Shown: piece after piece, positions 43,001 to 48,050 of the stretch
Layout: every line of letters starts with the position of its first letter
Position numbering within the stretch: the first letter of the stretch is position 1
Virus record (IMG/VR): IMGVR_UViG_3300026255_000001
Coordinates: 1-64,000 of that record
Reading direction: 5' to 3' (one strand)
Length of the DNA: 64,000 bases
From: a virus
Lineage: Duplodnaviria; Caudoviricetes
Notes under the pieces: model-generated
The model's database searches: none
Told to the model about the DNA's origin: nothing
Seen by the model: only the letters and a program-made list of their open reading frames with translations
Program-made: the position numbers and the translations under genes

Positions 43001-43953
43001 TGTGGGTCATGACGATCATTCCGTCTGCGTTGCAGGCGGCGGCTTATCTGGCTGGGCTAGCCGGCGGTGGCGACGACGACGACGTTCCGCTGCCGATCAT
43101 GAACGAGCCCGGGCGTAAGCAGTACATCGACGTGACTCCGCTCATGAGGCTCTTGCCGTGGTACAAGGGAGACCCGACCGGCAAGCGCCGGATGTACCTG
43201 CAATTTGGCAAGCAGGTCCATGAAACCGGGCTGTCCAACCCGCTCGGTACGCGCGGCTGGATCAACGAGCCGTGGGACCAGCTGATGCGCAAGCTCCCGA
43301 TGCCCGTGCGCGCACTGTACGAGCAGTTGACGGGAATCTCCCCGGGGTCCGATTGGCAGCTCGAGTTCAGCGGCAAGGGGATTCTCGGAATCTTCAACTC
43401 CGGGGAACCGGGACTCAAGGGATTCATGACGAGCCGCCTCGGCTACATCGCCCAGAAGCTGATGCCGATGTCCACCTCCCAGTTCCTGCAGAACCCGGAA
43501 GTGTTCCCCTTGAACCATTTCGCCCCGACATCTAAGGGGACCTCGCGGTCGAAGATCGTGAAGAACATCGCCTCCGTCCTTGCCACCTATGCGTCCGCGA
43601 AGGACTGGCACAGGATCCGTCAGGTCCCGCGCGCCCGCGCCGCCTTGGACAGCCTGGTGCCGGAGTTCCTGCGCGCCGCAGAGGCCAACGGGTACAACCC
43701 GGACAAGGTGCTGTCCACCGCCAAGGGCATGGTCCTGGGCGACCTGTACGCCCGCATGTGGAAGGCGCTCGACACGATGGACGAGCCCCTGATGCGCGAG
43801 ACAGCCGCCTCAATCTGGCGCGTCGGTGGGGCGCTCAAGGGACTCCGGTCCTCCATGGCGAACAAGCAGCGGTCATTCGGGATCGAGCTGACGCCGGAGC
43901 AGATGCAGGCGGCCGAGGACGCCATGAACTGGGCGATGTACGGATATAACTAA
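25042..43953 (+). CDS. giant (6303 aa) polyvalent virion protein containing a two-barrel RNA polymerase, zincin peptidase and nucleotidyltransferase-like domains
   Basis: Uninterrupted ORF; PLLVHRSPAL...GADEDGDQSHV (aa ~2664) mirrors the beta-prime NRAPTLH...NADFDGDQMAV; also GDG...TKG...NAQK, VDAGKVP, HELAH...EFAAE and GS...DLD motifs. Confidence 0.85.
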   Translation: MNEFRFLAPDGRYGTVSAENFSSVYSAGGIPVEAMPEVDVMSPDGMLSTIRHEKASELIKTQGYKLATTPRPLRFASPDGRTGTVKVGLESAALRQGGTLLLKELDVNKPLKPDLPRDPKIASEPPESVLGNWFGPVPKDPTTLKGWDSYQALVTKNKKGKAGFWEGITPNMTNVPFLGTALAAVDAGKAALTAQRLKEGKPTSDQDVLDLNMFIAKQERESNATMLGKAGNVVIDMTTFMAEIAGSIKGFLVPLKPWLAAKASAKAGGAAVGKLSVGLSRKILKESGEEWAKNLVAKKVAAEAGEEVAEYLAKHGGRRVAAKLLGQLPEIGVATIAPTIGQIVPQLAATKMSGQDAGTYRGNVDKTFAALMGEDMENSAAIWRSVADTTIENWSEAMGETIMAGMSKLPIVGGLGQAIRRNANAFVEKLGKAGTAEGFQAVDRIAGMAALSRWLYGRAKKGGSFRMMMDDLHAVGYDGVFGEMMEERAGDWMRGLFGLEGDADENAIKRAFKNSLPDPEQLGVELIAFSIPALAVGGLRFAAVSPNMDGYFRRREALEGLATLHKNRKPWEDGSFTSGDAEASKPIVKDIIREHEAYQRDSTGWMKYFNSMFDGLLSMKVVDGAVVVNPDVKYKNTMSMMIGTYGGLARTAYLDNLGRKPTEEDLDKALDIGAEHAMRQMARQGGFIWLYDSTLRTTDGVPSAEAGVTTEQEALKYLSKAQLQALRDADLLTIDDFGKIFMLDPRSYDTDQHELLAHAFELGTARQVLEDKKSSEKDREEARKQEAEALEKIGKIAPGVGPLSVAGAHRRAAEAVARLMTLTPEEARDVTLQQNIRFESALDLDEPADEAALAEAEAKGEYALLFELYRKHQRFNAYVNLELDADPLPGSLNELLLRATVSPDSMSPEEKVRAASFLTGYPDATRLDEATSVARRVHKMVQEGEIAFRGDRIVRSGDGQKFVVLSPFRDEKTRKSMYRVAPLSETGTPLESEATFISAEELKAKYQNETKTGVSISKFSRVQGSLESMVPFLHKAGYLGSWVRSNRRDGESVEQTLARMTSRDLTGLGLVKAMKGASGKEFFYYDVGARSLFYGALGKRTRGVAYNPMQMADMAGAHFSEDFTEVPMLQLAADALGQNQTADRLRAALPVLAAAISRAQKEAEHVLVQAAKNSKTSSERAKAVEDLATLRKLPSVDSSDVLNVVEAMSKTVRHYVHGYKDFPRLRQLVLGDAVEALYDNSSLSHDLPAIRAELETVASKEYWDALRYDGAIESADEGPADGEAGKTGDKPPPLPPPADGGAEEGAPPAEDGPAGPSVPADSLLDDLTAQEVNDALFGESAAVPRPDPAPGDAPESIKLSGDADDDARALDPDLVKNPDALADRLVRFRPGMVRRIGALKAIGKDLMDSGLLSLQAANDMLLGYMASSLRLSKPEAFDVLLALRWNPGAKALAETAPTEAEMEAELTGSLAEALGLSSDAEVPMSSDKLAGSGNADMMDSKLKEVTDVVRVVLDAAMGYAPVAEIGRAIRKSAPGGRPLGTRNLPAWLMSKEAFGEWAAERKANMRRYSDNFAELRLSRPLDAAEIMFNSVVASLPWEHALQIYKAAQNTFPREVREVRPNDGYGTYFEALLPPDEAGVQHDAVRGATVAEVEQNVAALIKLGMYRGQVSAEELAELVHETGNGSTMATLNDAAPRMAAEQASQLRRRLRPEEYFSDANAELRAAVERVASMIDSKRGTFGRAGAFYKDQGGNTVSRFGYLLNEGADASSKWHSPWKKQLLEDVLEVVSRLLTGSNSPALVAQLKKDLVLNEGKAVRKSLQNLWEQLIEPLAALERERTSSSGAEAQRQTLAARGLNALVEGTAENPGVFYKAFGLAYGGNELEAFAYMRDRKDFFQTNDKYLSKLLGQFAVRNVVTPVGRATGGKAFSGYRARSPQAEAAERLADRRGDLRPAVLVSEAAGMDSIEGSEMSSAQMYDALRGVARGAFARLRKGEPGEVFLPMTLSGDKLELNGVVWTISGETRILGGKRFEDYGEKDFDAFYNDIYFGDKDNIGAHEQFTIDLIHEIAPGILDPGGQFSLYRKAKDGKLESKSPAEIGKIIQDVLKRFSQIGTPIVDGIFGPPGYLQTAEDGAVEYVVALKADGNPYKGPGDGLLWVMPWLRDAAKKTYGGAEKQASYKLGNWGPTDRGVLSQTKGAVAIDPNRFERLDQSEPGALTPAELEDVLSDESFRRQLPEAVFLATGNAQKMGPGRFDRVVEVVRGSKTYKFGVFRAAPLGITSTMPTDTTLQERWVGMQPVAGGAGILNVPGGTLDARADFYRVFMDELYSGAESRIRKALERPDAVLFEGDNRRPMLNALAKEGGWLGGSLAAMQTLFAKLRGAVNAAKKKGHAKLVSPIQSTGAAREDGTLAPATDGPLEYDDSARLHPSGGQIVRGMAKPSSLSDHHRLANGGLTMPGMGLGLEDIGEADLKRAAKHYEKLFGRRNIPANEKELGAAAHELMTELVGMAPGTSDFNKTRAILRALLAPVRSRSEFIPLDGSTVFGRSLEDAKKVVAHLQAKHHLLYDLARIKLEGGKGQFDVEYEQGRLSGYTGEGVNLDDFVVHSSEDGQTVIGFRIPGIPLLVHRSPALGHLQSMRVIRLTELTKDAAAIFYHQDTLTKEGADEDGDQSHVFPLPPMSLLALHKSFEFLRDNEFEVGASARPDRFSDAYPKDLRDSWLASLVPENLERITDPRVMALSRDANLAGSTAIGTAASMLTAAELMFADMVLDKDVPGLRDTSAADPYVAVRFAVLHDMVNRIVDAGKVPHMMKGMMLYQQFVPVFVAAAVGSEVPFVEGLEGQELYDHVHKHTVQEVTEWLTDSERGRRLADNVLVGGMTLGKAFRATYGKKAKEMQPKIAALLALSDDMTTLSTVVRAIHKFKPTSFGDMVSLLEKIDSVLDGRLKTLPAPTNLPANRPLRVVLDSIISPFRPVLEELIGKVKQDVLAHPTGALEAARAEQLLANPRTKALVRKQPSVDGESFDYEWTAAGLSKLWDLQLDLHQRLATATLRARELAMHAEFADMPVEELAEEGLRGTVDPGAAPQYHVFDSVVRQRAELRATPEYADNVVLSALELSVTMPEAVGEAQERAAKQARAPRIRVGVTDSFSVAEARRDWAKLPPALQIDIFDLIARFNGLHRSESRLYDLVPPAFMKEVFALERQIAAGFRDGSINIDAVRPLKSGITLRGMLDFARESYLTGAAGATIEVPAGKRVPYDGAGSYLRFAPFVSGWEAAPYYGAPAIPELLGENAGEVGLPAPAPIRPAPAPAPAAPKSVKDVAVKAQSPSKYRTKELAKAAASNKVAALTDAAITDESYAKRLGLAAQAAGILVSDASQVKEGDVVYVSMPGRGRGASVAQINGFIDSVVGMVNAGAAVVTDNGENAKRMHNIGAEGVLRERLLKEGFQETENKKFGYSLWRKGAVTLETPSLLGEAKPRQLELQLGQSIAPDSDAGAPYDLNEREAADLRKAYGLVQGEIVRAEAIMEAAIARAHEAKMEGSAEALKALREMTASGLGLVVSSVVPYAADENLGTKKSIWGGYDPDNNLVTLSPKLVRHLENPAGGLNWFDKTLFHELAHAGMYHLVGKNDLRFRLLLDQARNEAARRGIDKKEWDNDYYGLTNTQEFAAEALSNPAFRSFLASIPAVGILTAPEKSASLWDAVRRQIARVLASFAKRFPGIKHSLLEQAFDEIMQWDAEDALSARADAYARRAAESLPPEESPTEFESWEAAAADAAARFKLEWNGSFEASKNWNVVGSEKDPLAYNAVNADNSLLVEVSGTRGGAKWTAYAGPGYSVAQSEKPEGRKWPESVDLSYARKARQGELDFGQSIATPELNPVVRGLESAFNKLGFSFKDARDSDVYGALQVASRVIADPKNEVAHISQAATALSYLAFPRIVGVERDVRSRADLENILRSELFDRYEEAGGTVPASTFARVWSEMKRIVRDLAHWFQAKQADIESMLDSVLSGDLETAFGKDVLVPPAGMEQVNLQEQLDRSPEAKSILASLLDSEIAFELSGSVAYAPQIPVFRNKGTTAHDLDLIFHPDNSYGAFAYLLQEFPNAEMIYAFPSGRGGYAAGLAIPPAGRKISGVIDRTGRRKDGPDSARVERGFDVLDETGSVVGSFRLTSLFSGKTTETWEGEKAVIVDIIPDFRVRKEGAAERTTPLRVGDSVLDLPISAHEAGMEKKLELLRIKDLKDLGRSAWALGKQQAVGQSADAPVEVLALNAVGQSIAAEAEAALDPLARSMKRAEELKKLHAKRVSKPMPDSWVSYEASAVFTRQPDGSWLMENEDEGLKQVVSAAAVQMAWGEQEEFDISGSLDFVAVAQSVERWKQEQGIVYDPKEAHAVGEAFYHDVGAFNHEAPGLLGKIASVLLAQQRKLRRGERDWWKDTENQLVVSGYTAKTDPSFGRHNGIPTSFFTTEGPEGPLSGEVRYNKDLARWEKRAGGAWAAISEAEAKSDYETGTAGIDMAPTSGASVRPGRGMRFVINPSPRDIVWAAVGDVYSGTVRKWVAYPARKIAVDPKAPSADKLGLLADSVATAIQGRRPQNYNEIGVRLRLGNFYIESETEALPAELRRLNELLKKAYTIVHGSLDPMAEKRRDMSGQSISAEEAFPAAPEGMRSTRMAPDGKPDPDYDLADPASKVNRSAVQIPAVEQTEAPAEDRKIASVIDKVGRRADGPNAPRVTRGFDVVDETGSVVGSFRLESLFSGKTTETWEGEKAVIVDIIPDFRVRIDGAPALTAPLKIGDQTLALPISSHEAGMEKKLELLRIKDLKDLGRSAWAMGQRRIEGESAAVSLDNPPEVQTEAWRMAVAYPKTGKTKESFALRMGVDGNPDPAWDLGDPESEVNRTRRTILPEELSEAPLPSDVEAALDDALGLMNVLLYRRPLPDGSGAPAAVFEDGVVFAEKPEAIGPAVAALTTKIVGENLPALNAVLDPAIAQALHQTARKYAGRRASASVEAEIVLRLAGSSSSLFTSPHVWPAALAADMADMLIHHPTELLKRSRVEMVDGVPQLVSAGSDRELVSRGRELSPNDSASWERMIESDRVPEKLRAKLGGLTDAHEAIEAVVEAVDAGRIKDPDYDKVESALVRSAAENLRVRPVSGEPGEMARRELASGMSMSSIYYHDPGTRIAALQGMGIPGQHLAFYEMMNQHTASWNNGAHWLNTKAKVLPYETATLYRLFTDKEGYRREDAKVHTHLTLSQRQAEKRFEAAVTAIMEHAHKFDLSNPAMREALLDLPGTVVYGKNQAAYRRGSDERAGTLPERETIREALSHFNAELRGLLLDPEKGGRTEAEIDPFLLAEEAKAQYEKDFKALNDAAFESLDGREYLRFREGYAGMHLYSYGRGAGMDPAGDQALADIFDHVKHADTSLSFMKRPDGREDPSLKLSHKDGIPAWTELQQKILGEQSPERLRRALKRGRAPNVVEANRLIVDAIQENLYAVAAEYHAKHGAQAGAWKPSEAEKKQIATVKQLRDVLARFKFVETAPAEFSRELETFAEAYEKKGLVPKSMSFLTLRGEYIDRVHTAASHKSILNSYLLITNPDGAPTIMAKPAADASLERGAITRDTWIKYGDNLARHFKDKFNRHAADVPVIDPVTKKVLFTTPGIIAEIRRLYDAHADKDGQFTSPRMSSVEAWSATDKDAGRLVKMLVQVSPTEVYPWASAIQRMLAWTKTMSFGWSFFFQTALGESSIGMSGPFKGNLALTFLTRPFLKSSRENWAKFWGNVRAFREHRRYYNPAVADRLDFMLRMGLTTGRTAALEPYADVFRKDVHKIGAGFREKHGDHVARLWETFWFGADKTDQSWARFWPGVTGRKMSDWMFDWFSAVKEAQMDLAVKKLALDHGLNPDGRASWSQARFLAKYFDDGMGGQNWYRYLWATPKWMFGLTLGLLAPNWTLSSWNTSGLAPITQALFKNYPAPGQQRFIWTHYMPSMLLWVMTIIPSALQAAAYLAGLAGGGDDDDVPLPIMNEPGRKQYIDVTPLMRLLPWYKGDPTGKRRMYLQFGKQVHETGLSNPLGTRGWINEPWDQLMRKLPMPVRALYEQLTGISPGSDWQLEFSGKGILGIFNSGEPGLKGFMTSRLGYIAQKLMPMSTSQFLQNPEVFPLNHFAPTSKGTSRSKIVKNIASVLATYASAKDWHRIRQVPRARAALDSLVPEFLRAAEANGYNPDKVLSTAKGMVLGDLYARMWKALDTMDEPLMRETAASIWRVGGALKGLRSSMANKQRSFGIELTPEQMQAAEDAMNWAMYGYN
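37432..37800 (+). repeat. copy 1 of a ~123-aa internal duplication in the giant gene
   Basis: RGFDV.DETGSVVGSFRL.SLFSGKTTETWEGEKAVIVDIIPDFRVR...HEAGMEKKLELLRIKDLKDLGRSAWA recurs 1740 nt downstream. Confidence 0.9.
39172..39540 (+). repeat. copy 2 of the ~123-aa internal duplication
   Basis: Near-identical protein, many synonymous differences from copy 1. Confidence 0.9.
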
Positions 43954-43977
43954 ACAAAAGAAAGAAACAAAAGAAAG
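43952..43977 (+). repeat. 13-nt A-rich tandem repeat (aaacaaaagaaag x2) in a leader
   Basis: Exact duplication read directly. Confidence 0.8.
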
Positions 43978-43985
43978 GATACACG

Positions 43986-44333
43986 ATGAGCCGTAAAAAC
44001 AGATTAGCCACCATGGCGGAGGCCATGGCGGAGATGAGCCGAAAAGACCGCCCTAAGGCGTCGGGCAGGAGCCTGAAAACCCTGTCGCCGGAGGAGCTGA
44101 AGGAGCTCGCCGCTAAAGGTAGAGGTAAAGTTAAAGGTAAAGGTTTGGCTAATGCGGCGCGAGAGGCACTGCTCCGCTCCGACGATTGGCAGGCCGTCGG
44201 CCAACGCAGGCAGGACCTGATCGAAGGGCTGAGACGGTTCAACGAGTCGGAGACGGCCGCGCAACTCAAAACGCGTCCCTACCGCGACCGCGCATACTCC
44301 GAGCTTACGTCGAGGCTGCGCAAGGGCCGCTAG
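43986..44333 (+). CDS. small basic protein (possible DNA-binding core protein)
   Basis: 115 aa, Lys/Arg-rich, last gene of the late arm. Confidence 0.6.
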   Translation: MSRKNRLATMAEAMAEMSRKDRPKASGRSLKTLSPEELKELAAKGRGKVKGKGLANAAREALLRSDDWQAVGQRRQDLIEGLRRFNESETAAQLKTRPYRDRAYSELTSRLRKGR

Positions 44334-44376
44334 GAAAAAGAAGAACCCCGGCCGCCGAAGCGACCGGGGTCTTCTC
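44334..44376. terminator. bidirectional terminator between the convergent arms
   Basis: accccggccgc-cgaa-gcgaccggggt stem flanked by an A-rich tract on the left and cttct on the right. Confidence 0.7.
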
Positions 44377-44389
44377 GTCTCGCGGAAGG

Positions 44390-44458
44390 CTACTTGGCCT
44401 TCTTGGCGGGAACCTTGGCAGGCTTTTTGACGGCCTTCTTGGCGGTTTTCTTAGCCAT
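44390..44458 (-). CDS. 22-aa histone-H1-like peptide MAKKTAKKAVKKPAKVPAKKAK (in-frame internal start)
   Basis: Own AGGAG RBS upstream of ATG 44458. Confidence 0.5.
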   Translation of the reverse strand: MAKKTAKKAVKKPAKVPAKKAK

Positions 44459-44797
44459 TGGATTTCTCCTGTTGTACCGGGGCCGGCGCCTCCGGGGTTT
44501 CTCCTCTGGGCCTCGCCGGGGGCCCGCAATCATTTCCGGAGACAGCGACAGCATCTTGCGGAGCGCCTCTTCCTTCAAGGCCTCCCGCAACTCTTCGCCC
44601 TCCGACTTCAATCCCGCCACCTTGTCCGCCAGATCCCGCAGCGCGGCCGCCGCATCGTCCGCCGACAAGTCCTTCGCCAGCCGCAGGGACATCGACGCCA
44701 GTTCGCACGGGTGCGACCCGAACCCGAGGCTCAGGTAGAACCCGCCGGACAGCATCTTGCCGGCCGAGACTCCGATCAGCTTCATGTCGTCGCTCAT
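44390..44797 (-). CDS. hypothetical protein ending in a Lys-rich tail
   Basis: AAGGAGAAC RBS before ATG 44797. Confidence 0.6.
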   Translation of the reverse strand: MSDDMKLIGVSAGKMLSGGFYLSLGFGSHPCELASMSLRLAKDLSADDAAAALRDLADKVAGLKSEGEELREALKEEALRKMLSLSPEMIAGPRRGPEEKPRRRRPRYNRRNPMAKKTAKKAVKKPAKVPAKKAK

Positions 44798-44985
44798 TCG
44801 TTCTCCTTCCTGGATTTCAACAGCTTGTCCAGTTTTCGTACGATGCGCTCCTCGCGGATGACTACCTGCCATTCTCCGCCGACTTCCTCCCAGCTCTCCC
44901 CTTTCGACAGACGGAAAGGCGGAGTCTTGTCCGCATGGTATTTGGCACACGCCTCGCAGAACTCAGGGCGCCCGTCCGGCTTCAC
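44794..44985 (-). CDS. small CxxC hypothetical protein
   Basis: GTG start overlapping the upstream stop; FCEAC motif. Confidence 0.55.
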   Translation of the reverse strand: MKPDGRPEFCEACAKYHADKTPPFRLSKGESWEEVGGEWQVVIREERIVRKLDKLLKSRKENE

Positions 44986-45359
44986 CGGGGCTTTCGCCCT
45001 GTTGTCAGGCGCCCAGCTCCCGCCTCGAAATGGCCGATGAGCGGGAGATCGGATATAAGGACGTCCCCAAACAGGATGGCATTTTCAATTCTGGCCGGCG
45101 GAGTCGGCTGATAGAACAGGTCTAGATATTCATTCCGCCTGCGGACGCAGTCCTGGTACTTCAGGACGTCGATGGCGCAAACCCGCATCTGGTGCTTGAA
45201 CTGCAGTGGGTGCCGCAGCGTCCGCCGGAGGCCGAGTTGACGGAAGAAACGCCAACGGGACTTCCACCGAGCCTTGAACGGCAGCGTATAGTCCGCCCGC
45301 AGCACCCGGCCGTGCGTCGGCCACATGCGCTCCAGTTTCTCCGTGAAACTCTCGCTCAT
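44982..45359 (-). CDS. hypothetical protein
   Basis: ATGA-coupled start at 45359. Confidence 0.55.
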   Translation of the reverse strand: MSESFTEKLERMWPTHGRVLRADYTLPFKARWKSRWRFFRQLGLRRTLRHPLQFKHQMRVCAIDVLKYQDCVRRRNEYLDLFYQPTPPARIENAILFGDVLISDLPLIGHFEAGAGRLTTGRKPR

Positions 45360-45655
45360 TTCTTCATCTCCTTCGTTGCTTCCGCGATCGCCAGTGCGTG
45401 TCGGCGCCGCAGTTCCTTGAACGTGCAGACGCACGGGCTCACGGAGCCGTCGGCGTAGCGCCCCGTGAAGCCGCGCCCGAAGCACTTGTCGCACTTGGGG
45501 TCCACGAGCATCATCGGCACGGCGTCGGCCTCGATGCCTTGCAGCTTCTGCTGCACAGGCTCCGGCGGCACGGGCTCAACCGGAGACTGGGACAGGGCCT
45601 GCGGTTGCTCGGGATTGATGGGTTGCAGCAGATCTGATTTTTCGTTGGTGCTCAT
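45356..45655 (-). CDS. Zn-finger-like protein (CDKC...CVC)
   Basis: KCDKCFGRGFTG...PCVC resembles a DnaJ-type Zn ribbon. Confidence 0.6.
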   Translation of the reverse strand: MSTNEKSDLLQPINPEQPQALSQSPVEPVPPEPVQQKLQGIEADAVPMMLVDPKCDKCFGRGFTGRYADGSVSPCVCTFKELRRRHALAIAEATKEMKK

Positions 45656-45692
45656 TTCCGGCCGTACTCCTCGCTCAGTTGTTCTCTCAATG

Positions 45693-46082
45693 TCATTTTC
45701 TCTCCTCTATCACCAGGTCTCCGTTCTCCAGCAACCGCACGTCTCCGACGCGCGGCGTCCACCGCATGGCCTTGCCTCCGCGCTTCAGCTTGACCTTGCG
45801 CCAGGCCCACAGCTCGATCGGGGCGTGCTTGATCCAGGCGAACATGTTCTCGTTGCGCTCGCCCAGCATCTTGGCCACGTGCCCGCTCCAGTCCTGGCCA
45901 CAGGACTGGACGGCGACGATGCCTTGCGCCGGGTCTACACAGATAATATCTATGAAGCCCAGGAAATCTTGTCTTATACCAAATGGACCTACATGGGCGT
46001 TGAATTTTTCAACAATGCCGCAAACACGGCCTTGCTCGCGCATGGCGGCTAGGGTTCTTTGTGTAGGGCTCAATCCGGCCAT
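45693..46082 (-). CDS. PD-(D/E)xK-like nuclease, Holliday-junction-resolvase-like
   Basis: SPTQRTL...VEK...IRQDFLGFIDII...AVQSC pattern of small phage resolvase-like nucleases. Confidence 0.6.
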   Translation of the reverse strand: MAGLSPTQRTLAAMREQGRVCGIVEKFNAHVGPFGIRQDFLGFIDIICVDPAQGIVAVQSCGQDWSGHVAKMLGERNENMFAWIKHAPIELWAWRKVKLKRGGKAMRWTPRVGDVRLLENGDLVIEERK

Positions 46083-46170
46083 AGTTATGCCTCATATATT
46101 TTTGGGTGCTCGGTTGCTTTAGAAAAAACCCACGAGCTCGCGGATGAATGCGTCATAGTAGTATTCCATT

Positions 46171-46563
46171 TTATTTTTCCTTCTTCCATTTCTTCCAGGC
46201 CTTCTCCATGTCCGGAAGCGCGCAGGCCAGCGCATCCCCGGCTTCGTTGATAACTTGCGAGAACTGCGGGTGGGACATCACCAGAAAATACGAATCCGTT
46301 GGGCGCCCGAGCTGCCAGGTTGGCGCCAGGTGGACCCTCTCCCGTACAGCCGACGCCTCAACGAACTCATGCAACATCCCCTGCACGACCTCGCTCCATA
46401 CCTTGTTTTTGACGCCCACTTCGACCCTGCAAACAAGACCGGCCTTCCCGGCCTGCTTTTCGTGCCAAGCCGCGGAGTCGCCTGTGGACGGGTCCAGCCA
46501 CAGCATAACGTTTCCTGAGTTCATGCCGTACTGGCCAACAAAGATTTTCTTGGACTTGGTCAC
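46171..46563 (-). CDS. hypothetical protein with HExxE-like motif
   Basis: GTG start coupled to the upstream stop; MLHEFVEA. Confidence 0.5.
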   Translation of the reverse strand: MTKSKKIFVGQYGMNSGNVMLWLDPSTGDSAAWHEKQAGKAGLVCRVEVGVKNKVWSEVVQGMLHEFVEASAVRERVHLAPTWQLGRPTDSYFLVMSHPQFSQVINEAGDALACALPDMEKAWKKWKKEK

Positions 46564-46985
46564 TTGGTCTCCTCGTTCTCGTTCGTTTCTTCGCACAGCT
46601 TCCGGTATCCGCCGCCCTTCAGAGCCGACAGGACCTCGTGCAGCTTGTCGACGAGCTGATCCACGACGGCGTCCATCCCGTCCGGCTTGAAGAACGGGCT
46701 GATCCACATCGTCTGCGCCCCTCGATGCTCTTCGCTCCAGCCCTGCTCCTTGAACAGGTCGGCGGGAAGGACGCCGTCGTAGACCTCCGCCCGGGCGCCC
46801 AGCTTCATCTCTCCGCGTTCCCGCATCTCCATCAGGTTGCGGTTGTATTCGTCGACGCGCTCCTCCGTCCAGCCGTCCCACCCGTCCGTCTTGCCCATCC
46901 ACTCCTGAACCTGTTCCCAGTCCAGCATCGACATGCTCGGGTCGAGCGGGAAAATCGTCACTTGGATCGTTCCTAGCTTTGTCAC
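46560..46985 (-). CDS. hypothetical protein
   Basis: GTG start after GGAG; coupled on both sides. Confidence 0.55.
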   Translation of the reverse strand: MTKLGTIQVTIFPLDPSMSMLDWEQVQEWMGKTDGWDGWTEERVDEYNRNLMEMRERGEMKLGARAEVYDGVLPADLFKEQGWSEEHRGAQTMWISPFFKPDGMDAVVDQLVDKLHEVLSALKGGGYRKLCEETNENEETK

Positions 46986-47248
46986 TTGATCTCCTCCACC
47001 CACGTCCGGACCAGCTCTCCGTTCTTGCCAGCCTCGTTCAGCACCTGGTAGCTCGGAATCGTCTCTCCTTCTGACAGCTCCCTGAACGACTCCGAGTACC
47101 CGGCGTATTCGACCGTGTCCGCGATCATGTCATGTTTCACGCGCATTGGCAGAAACCCGATCTCAACGAACAACTTCAGCACGACGTCCGGATGCTCGTC
47201 TAGAAACCGGTAGTCGACGACAATCAATCCTCTTTTATTCTTGTTCAC
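46982..47248 (-). CDS. hypothetical protein
   Basis: GTG start after AGGAG; coupled on both sides. Confidence 0.55.
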   Translation of the reverse strand: MNKNKRGLIVVDYRFLDEHPDVVLKLFVEIGFLPMRVKHDMIADTVEYAGYSESFRELSEGETIPSYQVLNEAGKNGELVRTWVEEIK

Positions 47249-47754
47249 TCGGTCTCCTCGTCGCTTGGGGGCTTGGTCTTGTACGCGATCTGGTACGAGT
47301 CCTTGCACATCACGATCCCGACGCCGATCGGAGCGTCGCGGTACTCCTGCCGCTGGACAACCCGGTCGCCGATCTTCTCGAGCGGCCGGATCGCGCGCTT
47401 CCGCGTCCCTTCCTTCATGTCCGCGATCGCTTCGTCCAGCGAGTTGTACCGGGCCGGCATCGGGTCGTGGAGGACAAAGGACTCCGGCTCGAACACGACG
47501 TCGGACAGGTGCCCCGGCGCGTTGCGGCAGTCGATCGCCCTCCACCCCGCCAGCGCCGGCTGCGGCTTCGCCATGTTCCGAGCCAGCTTGCGCCACTTCC
47601 ACCGGGCGATCCATCTCCACCAGGGCGGCTTGGACATGCCGACGATGAACTTCTGGATGTTCTCCATCGACCAGTTCCCCGCGCGGTCTTTCCAGAAGTC
47701 GCGCAGGATGCTTTGGGACAGGGGTCCCAGGAGCTGTTGGGGTTCGTCGCTCAT
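47245..47754 (-). CDS. hypothetical protein
   Basis: ATGA-coupled start at 47754. Confidence 0.55.
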   Translation of the reverse strand: MSDEPQQLLGPLSQSILRDFWKDRAGNWSMENIQKFIVGMSKPPWWRWIARWKWRKLARNMAKPQPALAGWRAIDCRNAPGHLSDVVFEPESFVLHDPMPARYNSLDEAIADMKEGTRKRAIRPLEKIGDRVVQRQEYRDAPIGVGIVMCKDSYQIAYKTKPPSDEETE

Positions 47755-47993
47755 ATCCCGCTCCCTTCGGCCTCGTAGTCCAGCAGCTTCGAGAGCTCCG
47801 CCTTCAACATCGCCTTCGCGGCGTCGGTGAATTGGAGGTCCAGCAGGCAGATGTCGTTCGACCGGACGCCGTCCTTGCGGAGGAAGTGGCCGATCTCTCC
47901 GCAGGGGTTCTCGGAATTTACGACGTTGACCCACTCCAGGCCGTAATGTTCCGCCACCCAGGCCATGCGGCGGTCTGCATCTTGCACGTTCAC
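47751..47993 (-). CDS. hypothetical protein
   Basis: GTG start after AAGGAGAAC. Confidence 0.55.
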   Translation of the reverse strand: MNVQDADRRMAWVAEHYGLEWVNVVNSENPCGEIGHFLRKDGVRSNDICLLDLQFTDAAKAMLKAELSKLLDYEAEGSGI

Positions 47994-48015
47994 TTCAGTT
48001 CTCCTTGACGCGGGC

Positions 48016-48038
48016 GCCCGGGCCTTACTGGCCCGGGC
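48016..48038. other. intergenic 9-bp hairpin
   Basis: gcccgggcc-ttact-ggcccgggc; T-tract only on the plus side. Confidence 0.5.
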
Positions 48039-48050
48039 ATCCTTTTGGCA

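Noticed and set aside
46120-46135. G GGT TTT slippery heptamer as a programmed -1 frameshift into the resolvase-like gene
   Set aside because: The -1 frame is not the resolvase frame and yields no recognisable product.
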